DNA of 64,000 nucleotides from Bacteroidales bacterium (GCA_032260385.1 JAVVEL010000015.1:862-64861); one strand, 5' to 3'. Positions 1-9,311 are shown, counted from the stretch's first letter. A program made the numbers and translations. The notes: generated from the sequence alone by a model not told the origin.

Positions 1-522
1 AGGACCACCGGTAATAATCTCCAATATATTTGAACCCTCCGAATAATATAATTCCCTTTTTGGATAAAAAGCCATTGTCAATCCTGCCAGTCCGCGAATA
101 CCTGCCTGGAACCGTCCAAAGGGAACAGATAATTCAGGTCCGGCCATCAGATTGACGTAATTCCAGAATCCCGACTCAAAACCAACCTCATCTGCCAGTG
201 GCGGTGAACCAAACACGGGAATTACTGATTGTGTATATGCATATCCGATTAAATCATCCAGGTAGTCATCACTTTCAGCATATAAGGATCCAAAACCCAG
301 TACGCCTCCAATACCGATAAAGCGAAGGGGGAAATAATAGCCCTCAAAACTAACTGTAAAGCCCGGAATTGCATATCCATCGTTAAACAGTTGCTCACCA
401 GCAGCAAAATCACCCCGGGGAATGCTGGTCCCGAGACTGAAGCCGATATAACTTTCCTGTGCCCTGGCATAGTTGCTTACCATGAACAGGACAATAACTA
501 AGATGCCTATATTTCTTTTCAT
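1..522 (-). CDS. Outer-membrane beta-barrel protein, partial (runs off the window start); not in ORF track
   Basis: Manual translation from ATG at 522 is open to position 1: MKRNIGILVIVLFMVSNYARA-QESYIGFSLGTSIPRGDF...FTVSFEGYYFPLRFIGIGGVLGF. Signal peptide with Gln at +1 and amphipathic beta-strands. Confidence 0.75.
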   Translation of the reverse strand, partial: MKRNIGILVIVLFMVSNYARAQESYIGFSLGTSIPRGDFAAGEQLFNDGYAIPGFTVSFEGYYFPLRFIGIGGVLGFGSLYAESDDYLDDLIGYAYTQSVIPVFGSPPLADEVGFESGFWNYVNLMAGPELSVPFGRFQAGIRGLAGLTMAFYPKRELYYSEGSNILEIITGGP

Positions 523-549
523 TGCTTTACGCTTAAGGGAAATAACATC

Positions 550-557
550 CAAAAGTA
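550..557 (-). promoter_or_regulatory. Bacteroidota -7 promoter box (TACTTTTG)
   Basis: Matches TAnnTTTG, 28 nt upstream of the ATG at 522. Confidence 0.55.
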
Positions 558-568
558 ATCTATTTAAT

Positions 569-937
569 TTAAATTTCGAGCAGACCCGTGTTTTTAACCA
601 GAACAATATATTCGGAATTCAATTCACGGTAGCCATATTCATAACAATACCTGGTGATCACACTATCGCCGTCGGTTTCTACGGAATGGGTAAAGAAGTT
701 TATATTGAACTCTGAAACCAGCAGGGCATCCCTGTGCACCTTTTTCTTGCCATTTTCATAAAGTTCACCAAGTATTTTCCTGTTTTTTCGCAATACGCTG
801 TGCACATTACGCACAAGGTTATTTGCTTCCCTGTTAATGGTATTATTGTAATTATTACGGCATTGATCAGAACAAAATTTCTTATCTGATCTTCCTTTTA
901 GTATTGCACCGCAGTCGAGACATCTCCTAACCGGCAT
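569..937 (-). CDS. Zn-finger (DUF2116-like) protein
   Basis: N-terminal CLDC...GRSDKKFCSDQCR treble-clef/FCS-like Zn motif, basic helix LRKNRKIL, and C-terminal YCYEYGY. Confidence 0.8.
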   Translation of the reverse strand: MPVRRCLDCGAILKGRSDKKFCSDQCRNNYNNTINREANNLVRNVHSVLRKNRKILGELYENGKKKVHRDALLVSEFNINFFTHSVETDGDSVITRYCYEYGYRELNSEYIVLVKNTGLLEI

Positions 938-1050
938 CGCAGAAATTTTTATAAAGTTAAAAAATGTATGCCTTGATTACAACCGTCCTCATGGCTTTTT
1001 AGGTGAAAAATTCATAGAAAAATCAGAAAAAATTCGGGAGAGAAAGGCTC

Positions 1051-1099
1051 TAAGCGATTTTAAACGATTAATAAGCAGGTATAAATATTTAATAACCGA
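1051..1099 (+). repeat. Five helically phased heptamers: TAAGCGA, TAAACGA, TAAGCAG, TAAATAT, TAACCGA
   Basis: Starts at 1051, 1061, 1072, 1082 and 1093 (spacing 10, 11, 10, 11), directly upstream of the ssb -7 box. Confidence 0.6.
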
Positions 1100-1119
1100 C
1101 ACAGAATCTCCACCTGTCA

Positions 1120-1127
1120 TATGTTTG
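1120..1127 (+). promoter_or_regulatory. -7 promoter box of ssb (TATGTTTG)
   Basis: TAnnTTTG match about 37 nt upstream of ATG 1164; lies inside an ACCTGT...ACAGGT inverted repeat. Confidence 0.6.
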
Positions 1128-1163
1128 CACAGGTAGCTTATGTTAAACTTAAAATTTTACGTC

Positions 1164-1523
1164 ATGGCATCATTGAACAACAAAGTACATCTTATTGGCA
1201 ACCTGGGGAAAGATCCCGAGGTAAAAGAATTTGACAATGGAAGGAAGGTAGCAAAATTCCCTCTTGCAACCACTGAAAACTACAAGAATGAAAAAGGTGA
1301 AAAGCTCAGGGAAACAACATGGCATAACCTCGTTCTCTGGAATGGTCTCGCCGGTGTGGCAGAAAAATACCTGACCAAGGGAAAGGAAATTGCTATTGAA
1401 GGCCGCATTGTTCACCGGGATTATGATAAAGACGGCGAGAAAAAGTGGATCACTGAAATTATTGTGAGCCAGATGCAAATGCTCAGGGGTAAACAGGAAG
1501 AAGGAGTATTTGATGAAAAGTGA
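1164..1523 (+). CDS. ssb: Single-stranded DNA-binding protein, short form
   Basis: NKVHLIGNLGKDPE, TTWHNLVLW, KGKEIAIEGRI OB-fold motifs. Start placed at MASLNNKV. Confidence 0.95.
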   Translation: MASLNNKVHLIGNLGKDPEVKEFDNGRKVAKFPLATTENYKNEKGEKLRETTWHNLVLWNGLAGVAEKYLTKGKEIAIEGRIVHRDYDKDGEKKWITEIIVSQMQMLRGKQEEGVFDEK

Positions 1524-1549
1524 GGGGAAGCAGGCTGAAGCTTAATCCC

Positions 1550-1638
1550 AGGCTAAGACTCCACCTTCGCTGGCACGGATCTACAGGTCCGTGCCCGGCA
1601 AAGGCGGACATAGTGAGACTAAGGAGCGGCCTTAGCCT
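1550..1638. repeat. Long imperfect GC-rich palindrome (REP-like or structured intergenic element)
   Basis: Inner arms CCACCTTCGC-TGGCACGGAT (1561-1580) and GTCCGTGCCC-GGCAAAGGCGG (1587-1607). Outer arms AGGCTAAG (1550-1557) and CTTAGCCT (1631-1638). Lies between convergent genes. Confidence 0.6.
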
Positions 1639-1643
1639 TGTTT

Positions 1644-4600
1644 CTACCACTTTTCCTGGAGGTGTTTCTCAACCACCCTGTGCAGGAGGCTCAGATCAGA
1701 AATATCAACACTTTCTTCCCATGGGTCAGAATCAGGTATTACAGGCTTCATTAAAGCATACTTACCTGCTTCCCCATAACGCCCCTCATGCAATGAAGCA
1801 GCCCATTGCCGTATCCTGTCATCCTCAAGTTGCTCCAGCCACTCATTGAAATAATTTTCCGATTCCCTTTCCCGGTTCAGTTCCCTTAAAGCAAAAACTT
1901 TCAGTATATTATATGAATCAAGGCATTCATATTCGCTGCTGCATTCGGCAATTATTTGATCATACAAAGCCCTGGCCCTGTCAATTTCCCCCTGTTTGGT
2001 TAAAACCATTGCTTTTACAAAATCCAGCAAACGCTCATCAACCTTATATGGTTTCCCTACACCCAGGTTCTCAGGCCACCTGTATGCATTTTCAATGTAA
2101 TAAAGAGCGTCATCTATTCTGCCATACCAGTAACTGTCGATTGAAGCCAGTACATTAGCTTTCTTCCATACCTCCCTCCCCTGGCGGGATCCTTCATGTG
2201 GAAGGATGATGGTCTCTTTCAGAACATCAATACACCTGTATACACTATCCCTTGCCAGCAAACTCCTGGCATGATCAAAGTCGATAACATAGTTACCCCT
2301 GAATCTTTCGTAAGCAAGGGTGGATATTTCCAGGGCTCTGGAGTTATATCCCCCGGACAGGTAAAAACTAATCATTTTATGATTGGTCCTCCATTCATCC
2401 GGTGCCAGTTTATATGCTTCCCTGTAATCACGCTCAGCAGCAAGATCATCTTCCGGCAGAATAAAATTACCCCGTGTAATATAAAATCTCCAGTCATCCG
2501 GCTCATTGGCCGGTTGGACAAATAAATTAGCTGCCCTTTCCCTGTCACCAGAATTCCAGTAAATAAGTGCCAGGTAATACCCCGGTTTCCAGTTGTCGGT
2601 TCCTTCCATTACCCATCGCAGCATTTTTTCGGTCTCTGCCCTGTAGGGGAATACAAAATCCGTGTCGGCGAGTATGAGTTTTCCAAGATATTCTTCTGAT
2701 AGCTCTTTCTGGCCAAGATTCTTATACAAATAGGCAAGATAAAGACTGACAAGCGGATTTTCCGGGGCTAACTCAAGAAGCTTCACAGCCTCCTGGTATA
2801 ATTCATAATTTATGTACCAGCAGGCTAGCTCAAGGAAGGTCTGGAAGGGGAATTCATTATCAATATACCTTAACAGATTATCAGCCAGTGAATCTGAAGG
2901 ATTGTGCAGGTAATTCTCAAACCTGGCAAAATGGTTAAGAGGGTCATCACTGATAATATTATTGTAAAGTGTTATGAACAGGGAATCTGCACCTGTTTTC
3001 CTTGCCCACACAAGCCTTGTTTTTTGTAACTGACAGGTCTGTATTCCCTTTTCCAGGGCATGATCAATATACATCCCTGTTTCAGTTAAATTATTATCTC
3101 TTAGCCCCAATCCGGCAAGCCTGTTAATACAGGCATTATAAAACTTGTTTGACAGCATTGCAATACCATAAGCATCCCTTGCACCGTAAAGCATCCCCTT
3201 CTTTTCCTGCAGGAGGGCATATATATAATTGGCCTCAGGATCGTAAGCATCAAATGCCAGCACTTTTTTTGCTGCTACTTCAGCTTCATCATATCTGTGC
3301 CTGAGCATTTCAAGCTCTGCCAGTTTTGAATAGGCAGGCATAAAATACTGATCCTCTTCAATACATTTTTTTAAATATTTCAATGCAGCAATATTATTTC
3401 GCTGCCGCATATATTCTATTGCCTGGTAATAAAGACCATAGATTGAGTTCCATTCAAAAGTCTCACTTGCAAGAGGCCTTTCAAGATTCTCCGGGCTGTC
3501 ATCTGTCCTGTAAATGCGTAGTCCTTCATTTCTCAGGATTATTTCTGAAATATCTATATCTCCCGGAACATTAATTACAGTGTTAGCAGCAGGCATAATA
3601 ACCAGGGGCACTGATAATGTATCGGCTGATAGCGATATGATGTCAAGCGTATCGTCTATTTTCTCAAATGCATACAGGAGAACCTCTTGTCCTGCCCCGG
3701 TATTCATAATATTCAGGGCAATATTCTCCCCTATGGCTCTCACTCCTGAAATACCGGAAATGGGAAACCATCTCTCCCTGATGAATATTTCTGAACCGGC
3801 TTCAAATTCACGGTGTTTAAAAGGCGAATAGGTGCTTCCCGAACCAGCCTGGTTATAGAGCAAGCCTGTCTGAATCTCGGTATACTGTTTATTCTGTGTT
3901 GTGTCTGTCAATAAATCCTTCCAGATTTCGCCCTGGCGCGAAAGAGCCCACATCCATATTTTTTTCCCGGGCTTTAAGGGATAGAGTGACCAGTGCCCAA
4001 ATCCGTAATCACTCTTTTCATAATAGCCTGCAAACCAGTCTGTATATTTTCCAAGTACGTGGTAGCTGCGATCACCTCCAAAATCATTGTTATGGTAGAG
4101 AGAAATATCCCTGCCATCCTGATTCACCGTCCAGGGAAAAAGATTCCCGCTGTGATCAATGTGCTTTGTCCCCGGGAAATAATATTTCAAATCATCAGCC
4201 ACATCTGCCGAGGCGTTCATCCAGTGATATAAGGATGTGGCGCTTGTTGAATGGTTCACCCATTTGGTTCTTGTTTCGAACCACGCTTTATCAGCAGGCA
4301 GGTATATCTCAACCCTCCATTCTGTTCTCCCCGGGAGGTCTGTTGCACCAACAAAACAGGAAACACTGCTGTCAGGGTTAATTCTCATATAATAATCAAC
4401 CTTACTGGCAGTAAGTGGTGAGTGGCCTATGCTGCCGAAATTCATTTCTACCCCCCCGCTTGTCCAGGGTCCGCGCATAGCTATATCCCTGAACTTTACC
4501 ACATTATTATAATATATAAAATACCTGCCGTTGGTTTTGTCCATGGCACCATAAACCTTGCCGCCTATTTCAGGCGCCACCCATAACTTAATCCATTCGT

Positions 4601-4817
4601 TTTCCAGGCAGATCATTTTCCATTCCTTACTGACAGGGTCAACAGAATAGGCGTCAAAACGAAAATAAGGATATATCTTACCCGGCTTCGGCAGTGGATC
4701 AGGGTCACCAAAGGGATATGTTTTCATCTCCCTGGCCTCCTCGTAAATTAAGGCTGTCTGGGAAAGAAGCTGCTGGCTGCATAAAAGTATTATCGCCAGG
4801 ATCAAATACTTTCTCAT
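1644..4817 (-). CDS. DUF5107 domain plus TPR repeat protein, exported
   Basis: Signal peptide; IYPYFRFD, LENEWIKLWVAPEIGGK, RGPWTSGGVEMNFG motifs; C-terminal TPRs and PENLGVGKP. Confidence 0.85.
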   Translation of the reverse strand: MRKYLILAIILLCSQQLLSQTALIYEEAREMKTYPFGDPDPLPKPGKIYPYFRFDAYSVDPVSKEWKMICLENEWIKLWVAPEIGGKVYGAMDKTNGRYFIYYNNVVKFRDIAMRGPWTSGGVEMNFGSIGHSPLTASKVDYYMRINPDSSVSCFVGATDLPGRTEWRVEIYLPADKAWFETRTKWVNHSTSATSLYHWMNASADVADDLKYYFPGTKHIDHSGNLFPWTVNQDGRDISLYHNNDFGGDRSYHVLGKYTDWFAGYYEKSDYGFGHWSLYPLKPGKKIWMWALSRQGEIWKDLLTDTTQNKQYTEIQTGLLYNQAGSGSTYSPFKHREFEAGSEIFIRERWFPISGISGVRAIGENIALNIMNTGAGQEVLLYAFEKIDDTLDIISLSADTLSVPLVIMPAANTVINVPGDIDISEIILRNEGLRIYRTDDSPENLERPLASETFEWNSIYGLYYQAIEYMRQRNNIAALKYLKKCIEEDQYFMPAYSKLAELEMLRHRYDEAEVAAKKVLAFDAYDPEANYIYALLQEKKGMLYGARDAYGIAMLSNKFYNACINRLAGLGLRDNNLTETGMYIDHALEKGIQTCQLQKTRLVWARKTGADSLFITLYNNIISDDPLNHFARFENYLHNPSDSLADNLLRYIDNEFPFQTFLELACWYINYELYQEAVKLLELAPENPLVSLYLAYLYKNLGQKELSEEYLGKLILADTDFVFPYRAETEKMLRWVMEGTDNWKPGYYLALIYWNSGDRERAANLFVQPANEPDDWRFYITRGNFILPEDDLAAERDYREAYKLAPDEWRTNHKMISFYLSGGYNSRALEISTLAYERFRGNYVIDFDHARSLLARDSVYRCIDVLKETIILPHEGSRQGREVWKKANVLASIDSYWYGRIDDALYYIENAYRWPENLGVGKPYKVDERLLDFVKAMVLTKQGEIDRARALYDQIIAECSSEYECLDSYNILKVFALRELNRERESENYFNEWLEQLEDDRIRQWAASLHEGRYGEAGKYALMKPVIPDSDPWEESVDISDLSLLHRVVEKHLQEKW

Positions 4818-4844
4818 AGCACAGGTAGCTGGTTAATATTAAGT

Positions 4845-7193
4845 CTAGTAATCTTTCATATCCACATTGGTACGGTAATCACCGAGAAGATGTTCAGCAA
4901 AATAATACCACATCATTGTTTCGAAGTATTCGGTATAGTTACCAAATCCATGTCTCTGCCCCGGCATTATCATGAAATCGAATCGCTTATTTGCCTTGAC
5001 AAGGGCATTAACAACCCTGATACTGTTACCGGGATGAACATTATTATCGATATCACCATGAACCAGCAGGAGGTGTCCCTTAAGATTTTTCGCCAGATCC
5101 TGGTTTGCCGGAACATCTGATTTAAAGGTAATCTCGGTTTTCACACTATCCTGTTCCTCAACAGGGTATCCTTCCACTTCCTCTTTTTCCTCTTTCTTAA
5201 CCTTAACTTCTTTCTCAATCTCCTTCACTCCGTGATGAGTCTCTCCCCACCATTGGTTATAAATATTATTATCGTGATTTCCGGCAGACGAAACAGCGAC
5301 ATCATAAAAATCAGGATATGTCAGCAAAGCAGCGGTACTCATGAATCCACCTCCCGAATGGCCATATATGCCCACTCTTTCTACATCAATAAAATCATAC
5401 CTGTCGGCAAGTTGTTCAATTCCATATTTATCATCAGCGAGGGCATAATCCCTTAAATTATTATACCCATAGGTATGGTAATAATTATTCCTCTGGGGAC
5501 TGCCACCCCGGTGCCCGAAATTAACCACTATAAAACCAAGCTGGGCAAGTGCTGTATTATACCTCTGACTGACAGAAAACGAATAGGGAACAGATTCGGT
5601 CTGTGGTCCCGGGTACACATAGGAAATGATTGGATATTTCCGTGTTGAATCAAAATCAAAGGGCTTAAACATAACCCCATAAAGATCTGTGACACCATCC
5701 TTTGCCTTTACAACAAAGGGCTCCGGCATCTGCCATCCCGTTTCGTAAACCCGTGAGAGATCAGGTTCTTCAAGGTCCAGCAAAATAGTTCCGTTTACAT
5801 CACGGAGAACAGAACGGGGAACCACGTCAACCCTGGAATAGTTATCAACCCAGTAATCATTTGTTTTTGACATGCTGAAGGAATGGTTTGCATTTTCCGC
5901 ACTGATAAGTTTCATAGCTCCCTTATCAAGAGGCACCCTGTAGAGCATTGTATAATAAGGATGTACTCCGTTTTCACGGCCAAAAGCCTGTACGAACAAT
6001 TCCCTTCCCGTTGTATCAATCCTTACGATATTGCCCGTAACAAAATAACCATCTGTGATCTGCCTTTTAAGGTTTCCCTTCCCGTCATAGAGGTATAGAT
6101 GTCCCCAGCCTGTTCTTTCCGACCACCATATTATATCATCCCCCTCGTTAAGAACAGCCAGATCACCATAGCCGTATCCATCATATATATAAGGATATTG
6201 CTCCTCGTTAAAAAGGACCTTAAGATCACCTGTATTTGCATCAACCATACATATCTCGAGTTCAGTCAGATCTCTTTTCTTACGCTCAACAATCATTTTA
6301 TCGGCTGATTCCTGTGAGGTCCACCTGACAGACAGTCTCTGGTCCTTCCACTTTGCAACGTCCACATCAGTCCTTTCCTTTGTGTTCACATTAAAAATTA
6401 TCAGCTCAAGTTGAGGGACATTCTCCTCCCCCGGCATTGAATACTTGTATGTTTCCAGTTCAGGCCTCGGTTCTGCAAGTGCATTTATTACAAAGAGATC
6501 ACCAACCTTCCGGCTGTCGGACTTAATCACATACAGCTTTTCTTCATTCTCAAACCACCGGGCGATACTTCTGACTTTCTTGTCTTTTGCCGTATCCGAC
6601 CTGCTGCTTGCATAGCCATAGTGCAGTTCACCGTCAGTACTTAACTGGATCTCAACACTGTCGGGATCATCAGCTTTCATTATGAAGAGGTTATGATTTT
6701 TTGCATAGGCTATCCATGTGCTGTCAGGGCTGTATGTAGCCCATCTGTCACTCCTGTCTTCTTTTGGAATAGTGTCTTTAATAAGCAGTTTCCGGTTTCC
6801 CATATCAAAAAGGAAGCGGATTGAATCCAGCTTAAAAGTAAATTTTGATGTACTTTCCTTTTCAAATTCGATATCCTCTATAGGCAGGTCCAGCTGGTTA
6901 TAAGGCCGGTGAATCAGCTTATGTATTTCGGCAGCCAGATAGCGGCTGTCGAACATCAGCCGCTTTGACCTTGCATCAGCATCAACAAAATAGAAGTTTT
7001 TACCGTCAGATTTTTTATAGGAGTACCAGAATTTATTTGTTTCATGGATCCAGTTTGCCCTGACTCGTATGTCGCCTACTTTCTGGTTAAGGTTGGACGA
7101 CCTGAATTTCTCGGCTGCTTTAAAATCAGCCTTCTGTGAATAAGCCAGGGCTGTGATCAGCAAAACAACGATAATGACAAATGTCTTTTTCAT
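4845..7193 (-). CDS. S9 family dipeptidyl peptidase IV-like protein
   Basis: WWSERTGWGHLY propeller motif, YVYPGPQ, nucleophile GHSGGG, DNNVH (Asp) and QRHGF (His). Confidence 0.92.
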   Translation of the reverse strand: MKKTFVIIVVLLITALAYSQKADFKAAEKFRSSNLNQKVGDIRVRANWIHETNKFWYSYKKSDGKNFYFVDADARSKRLMFDSRYLAAEIHKLIHRPYNQLDLPIEDIEFEKESTSKFTFKLDSIRFLFDMGNRKLLIKDTIPKEDRSDRWATYSPDSTWIAYAKNHNLFIMKADDPDSVEIQLSTDGELHYGYASSRSDTAKDKKVRSIARWFENEEKLYVIKSDSRKVGDLFVINALAEPRPELETYKYSMPGEENVPQLELIIFNVNTKERTDVDVAKWKDQRLSVRWTSQESADKMIVERKKRDLTELEICMVDANTGDLKVLFNEEQYPYIYDGYGYGDLAVLNEGDDIIWWSERTGWGHLYLYDGKGNLKRQITDGYFVTGNIVRIDTTGRELFVQAFGRENGVHPYYTMLYRVPLDKGAMKLISAENANHSFSMSKTNDYWVDNYSRVDVVPRSVLRDVNGTILLDLEEPDLSRVYETGWQMPEPFVVKAKDGVTDLYGVMFKPFDFDSTRKYPIISYVYPGPQTESVPYSFSVSQRYNTALAQLGFIVVNFGHRGGSPQRNNYYHTYGYNNLRDYALADDKYGIEQLADRYDFIDVERVGIYGHSGGGFMSTAALLTYPDFYDVAVSSAGNHDNNIYNQWWGETHHGVKEIEKEVKVKKEEKEEVEGYPVEEQDSVKTEITFKSDVPANQDLAKNLKGHLLLVHGDIDNNVHPGNSIRVVNALVKANKRFDFMIMPGQRHGFGNYTEYFETMMWYYFAEHLLGDYRTNVDMKDY

Positions 7194-7218
7194 AGCTATA
7201 TTAAATTAAGTATTAAAG

Positions 7219-7226
7219 CAAATGTA
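7219..7226 (-). promoter_or_regulatory. -7 promoter box (TACATTTG) for the S9 peptidase/DUF5107 pair
   Basis: TAnnTTTG match 26 nt upstream of ATG 7193. Confidence 0.55.
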
Positions 7227-7283
7227 ACAATCCTTCCGTTAAACCTTTTATAAAGTGTTATATAACAGAGAGTCAAAAAAATT

Positions 7284-8720
7284 TCATTTAAGGTAGGTAG
7301 CACCAAGTTCTTCAAACAACCTCATCCCTTCAATAACATTTCCATCCCTGTCAAAGAGCTTACCCCTGTAACCTATTGGTTCCCAGATACATGTTCCCTG
7401 TCCCAGGTTGTCAGGCAGCTTAAACACTATTTGATGTACTTCCTTCCTGAAGATGGCATATTCAACAACGTTTACAGGTTTCTTATATCGTTTAACCAGA
7501 TCTGCCAGGTTATACTTGAGGTCATCAAGGGTACCGTGCCATCTTGGATAATAAGAGATGCCCATTACATCAAACTCCACGCCTCTGGCAATCATATTAT
7601 CAAACCAGAAAACAGCTTCTTCATTCTGACCTCCCAGGGCAAGATGCATCATTACCGGCATGCTTTCATCAACCTTTCTGACTCCTTCCACTCCGGCTTT
7701 CAGCAATCCGGCCAGTTGATCAGGCTTACTGATATGCCCGTCGGGCCAGAGCAGTCCATGGTTGATTTCATTACCTATCTGAACCATGTCTGCAGGTGTT
7801 CCCTGGCTCTCAAGGGCCCTGATAACCCTTGCCGTATAGTTCTTCACGGTATCCTCCAGGCTCCCGAAATCAAGTGAGGCCCATTCCGCAGGTTTATTCT
7901 GCTGTTGGGGATCAGCCCAGTAATCACTGTAATGAATATTAAGAAGGAGTTTCAAGCCCGCATCCTTTACACGTTGCGCCATCTGAAGGGTATGATCAAG
8001 ACCGCAGAATCCCCGTCCCGGTGAATAGCCCTTTACATTTTCCGGATTTACGAAAATCCTGAGCCGTATATAGTTAAACCCATGTTCTGACAATATCTTC
8101 ACGGGATCTTTCTCCACACCCTTCTCATAATATTTCCTGCCCCTGTCTTCGAACTGTGGCAGGAAGGATATATCTGCGCCTATCATCCTTTCAATTACCT
8201 TACCGGAAGGTTTTATCTGGTCAGCCATTGGATGCATGAGCTCCACATCGGCAGGGATGGTATGAATCTCGTGAGACCCGGCCCATAATGATTCCGACCT
8301 TACTTCAACTTTTATTTTATCCGGCCTGTCACCTGCATGAAAAGTAAGCCAGGCGAGTCCATCTTTAAGCTGATAATTAAAATATTCAATGCCACTTGTA
8401 TCAGTTTCTGTTGATAGTTTTTCTCCGGGAATCGCAGCCGTGACCCTTCCGTCCCCATCGATGTAGATCCTGATTTTATTTGATGCCGATTGTATTTCTC
8501 TTCCTGTACTGTCTATTACAGCAAGCCTCAGAAGTGTTTTGTCCTTCCCGTCTGCCACCAGTGTCGTACGGTAAGCTGTAAGCATCACTGCCACTGGCCA
8601 TCCCGAATCAACCTTGATTACATCTTCAAATTCGGACACTCCACAGATCCTTCTGTCTGCCGGTTTACAAAAAGCCAGGAGGATTATAAAAAATATACTG
8701 ATAAAAATATGTCTTATCAT
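7284..8720 (-). CDS. GH53 endo-1,4-beta-galactanase with N-terminal Ig-like domain, probable lipoprotein
   Basis: GADIS, NYIRLRIFVNP, HYSDYWADP, VQIGNEI (acid/base), SYYP, VVEY (nucleophile). Lipobox-like LLAFC. Start placed at MIRHIF. Confidence 0.9.
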   Translation of the reverse strand: MIRHIFISIFFIILLAFCKPADRRICGVSEFEDVIKVDSGWPVAVMLTAYRTTLVADGKDKTLLRLAVIDSTGREIQSASNKIRIYIDGDGRVTAAIPGEKLSTETDTSGIEYFNYQLKDGLAWLTFHAGDRPDKIKVEVRSESLWAGSHEIHTIPADVELMHPMADQIKPSGKVIERMIGADISFLPQFEDRGRKYYEKGVEKDPVKILSEHGFNYIRLRIFVNPENVKGYSPGRGFCGLDHTLQMAQRVKDAGLKLLLNIHYSDYWADPQQQNKPAEWASLDFGSLEDTVKNYTARVIRALESQGTPADMVQIGNEINHGLLWPDGHISKPDQLAGLLKAGVEGVRKVDESMPVMMHLALGGQNEEAVFWFDNMIARGVEFDVMGISYYPRWHGTLDDLKYNLADLVKRYKKPVNVVEYAIFRKEVHQIVFKLPDNLGQGTCIWEPIGYRGKLFDRDGNVIEGMRLFEELGATYLK

Positions 8721-8730
8721 AGTTCCTTCC

Positions 8731-9306
8731 TCAGGCTTTGTACTGATCACGACCTGCGGCAAGTGCCTTAAGATTCAGTTCGACTATACCCTCTCCCTTT
8801 CTTCCAAAAAGCTTGCGAATGGCATTTTCGAGACTTTTCCGGGGTAAATTTATAAAATGTGATGCAGCTCCCAACATCACTATATTTGCTACTTTTATTG
8901 ACCCGGTTTCCCTGGCAATAGCATCAGCATCAACAATGAGATTATTTTTCACCTTTCTTACTTCATCCAGCACCTCTTCTGCATCAGGATAATCAGGGAT
9001 ATTTACAAAGGGATTGCTGTTGGTAACCAGCCACCCCTTATCCGAAAGCCATGGAAGGTATCTCAGAGCCTCCATTGGTTCAACAGAAAGGATGAGATCA
9101 GCTTCCCCATAGGGTATCAAGTCAGAAGCCACGGGTTCATCAGACAGCCGGAAATGTGATTGGACGTCGCCTCCTCTCTGGCTCATTCCATGAACCTCAG
9201 CTTGCTTAAGATAGAGTTTATTTTCAACCGCTGCATACCCTATTACCGCAGCTATCGACAATATCCCCTGCCCTCCGACTCCTGATAGTATTATATCATT
9301 TTTCAT
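8731..9306 (-). CDS. iorB: Indolepyruvate ferredoxin oxidoreductase beta subunit
   Basis: GVGGQG, EVHGMSQRGG, EPMEALRY and NIVMLGA motifs. Confidence 0.92.
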   Translation of the reverse strand: MKNDIILSGVGGQGILSIAAVIGYAAVENKLYLKQAEVHGMSQRGGDVQSHFRLSDEPVASDLIPYGEADLILSVEPMEALRYLPWLSDKGWLVTNSNPFVNIPDYPDAEEVLDEVRKVKNNLIVDADAIARETGSIKVANIVMLGAASHFINLPRKSLENAIRKLFGRKGEGIVELNLKALAAGRDQYKA

Positions 9307-9311
9307 ATTAT

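Noticed and set aside
249-715. ORFs 249-470 (-) and 473-715 (+)
   Set aside because: Shadows of the real 1-522 beta-barrel gene (different frame) and of the Zn-finger gene.
1024-1036. CAGA-AAAAA-TTCG as a degenerate Bacteroidota SOS box (GGA-N5-TCC)
   Set aside because: Two mismatches in six informative positions within A-rich DNA; not distinguishable from chance.
1520-1849. 109-aa ORF overlapping the ssb stop
   Set aside because: Runs through the palindrome and antisense into the DUF5107 gene; composition is not protein-like.
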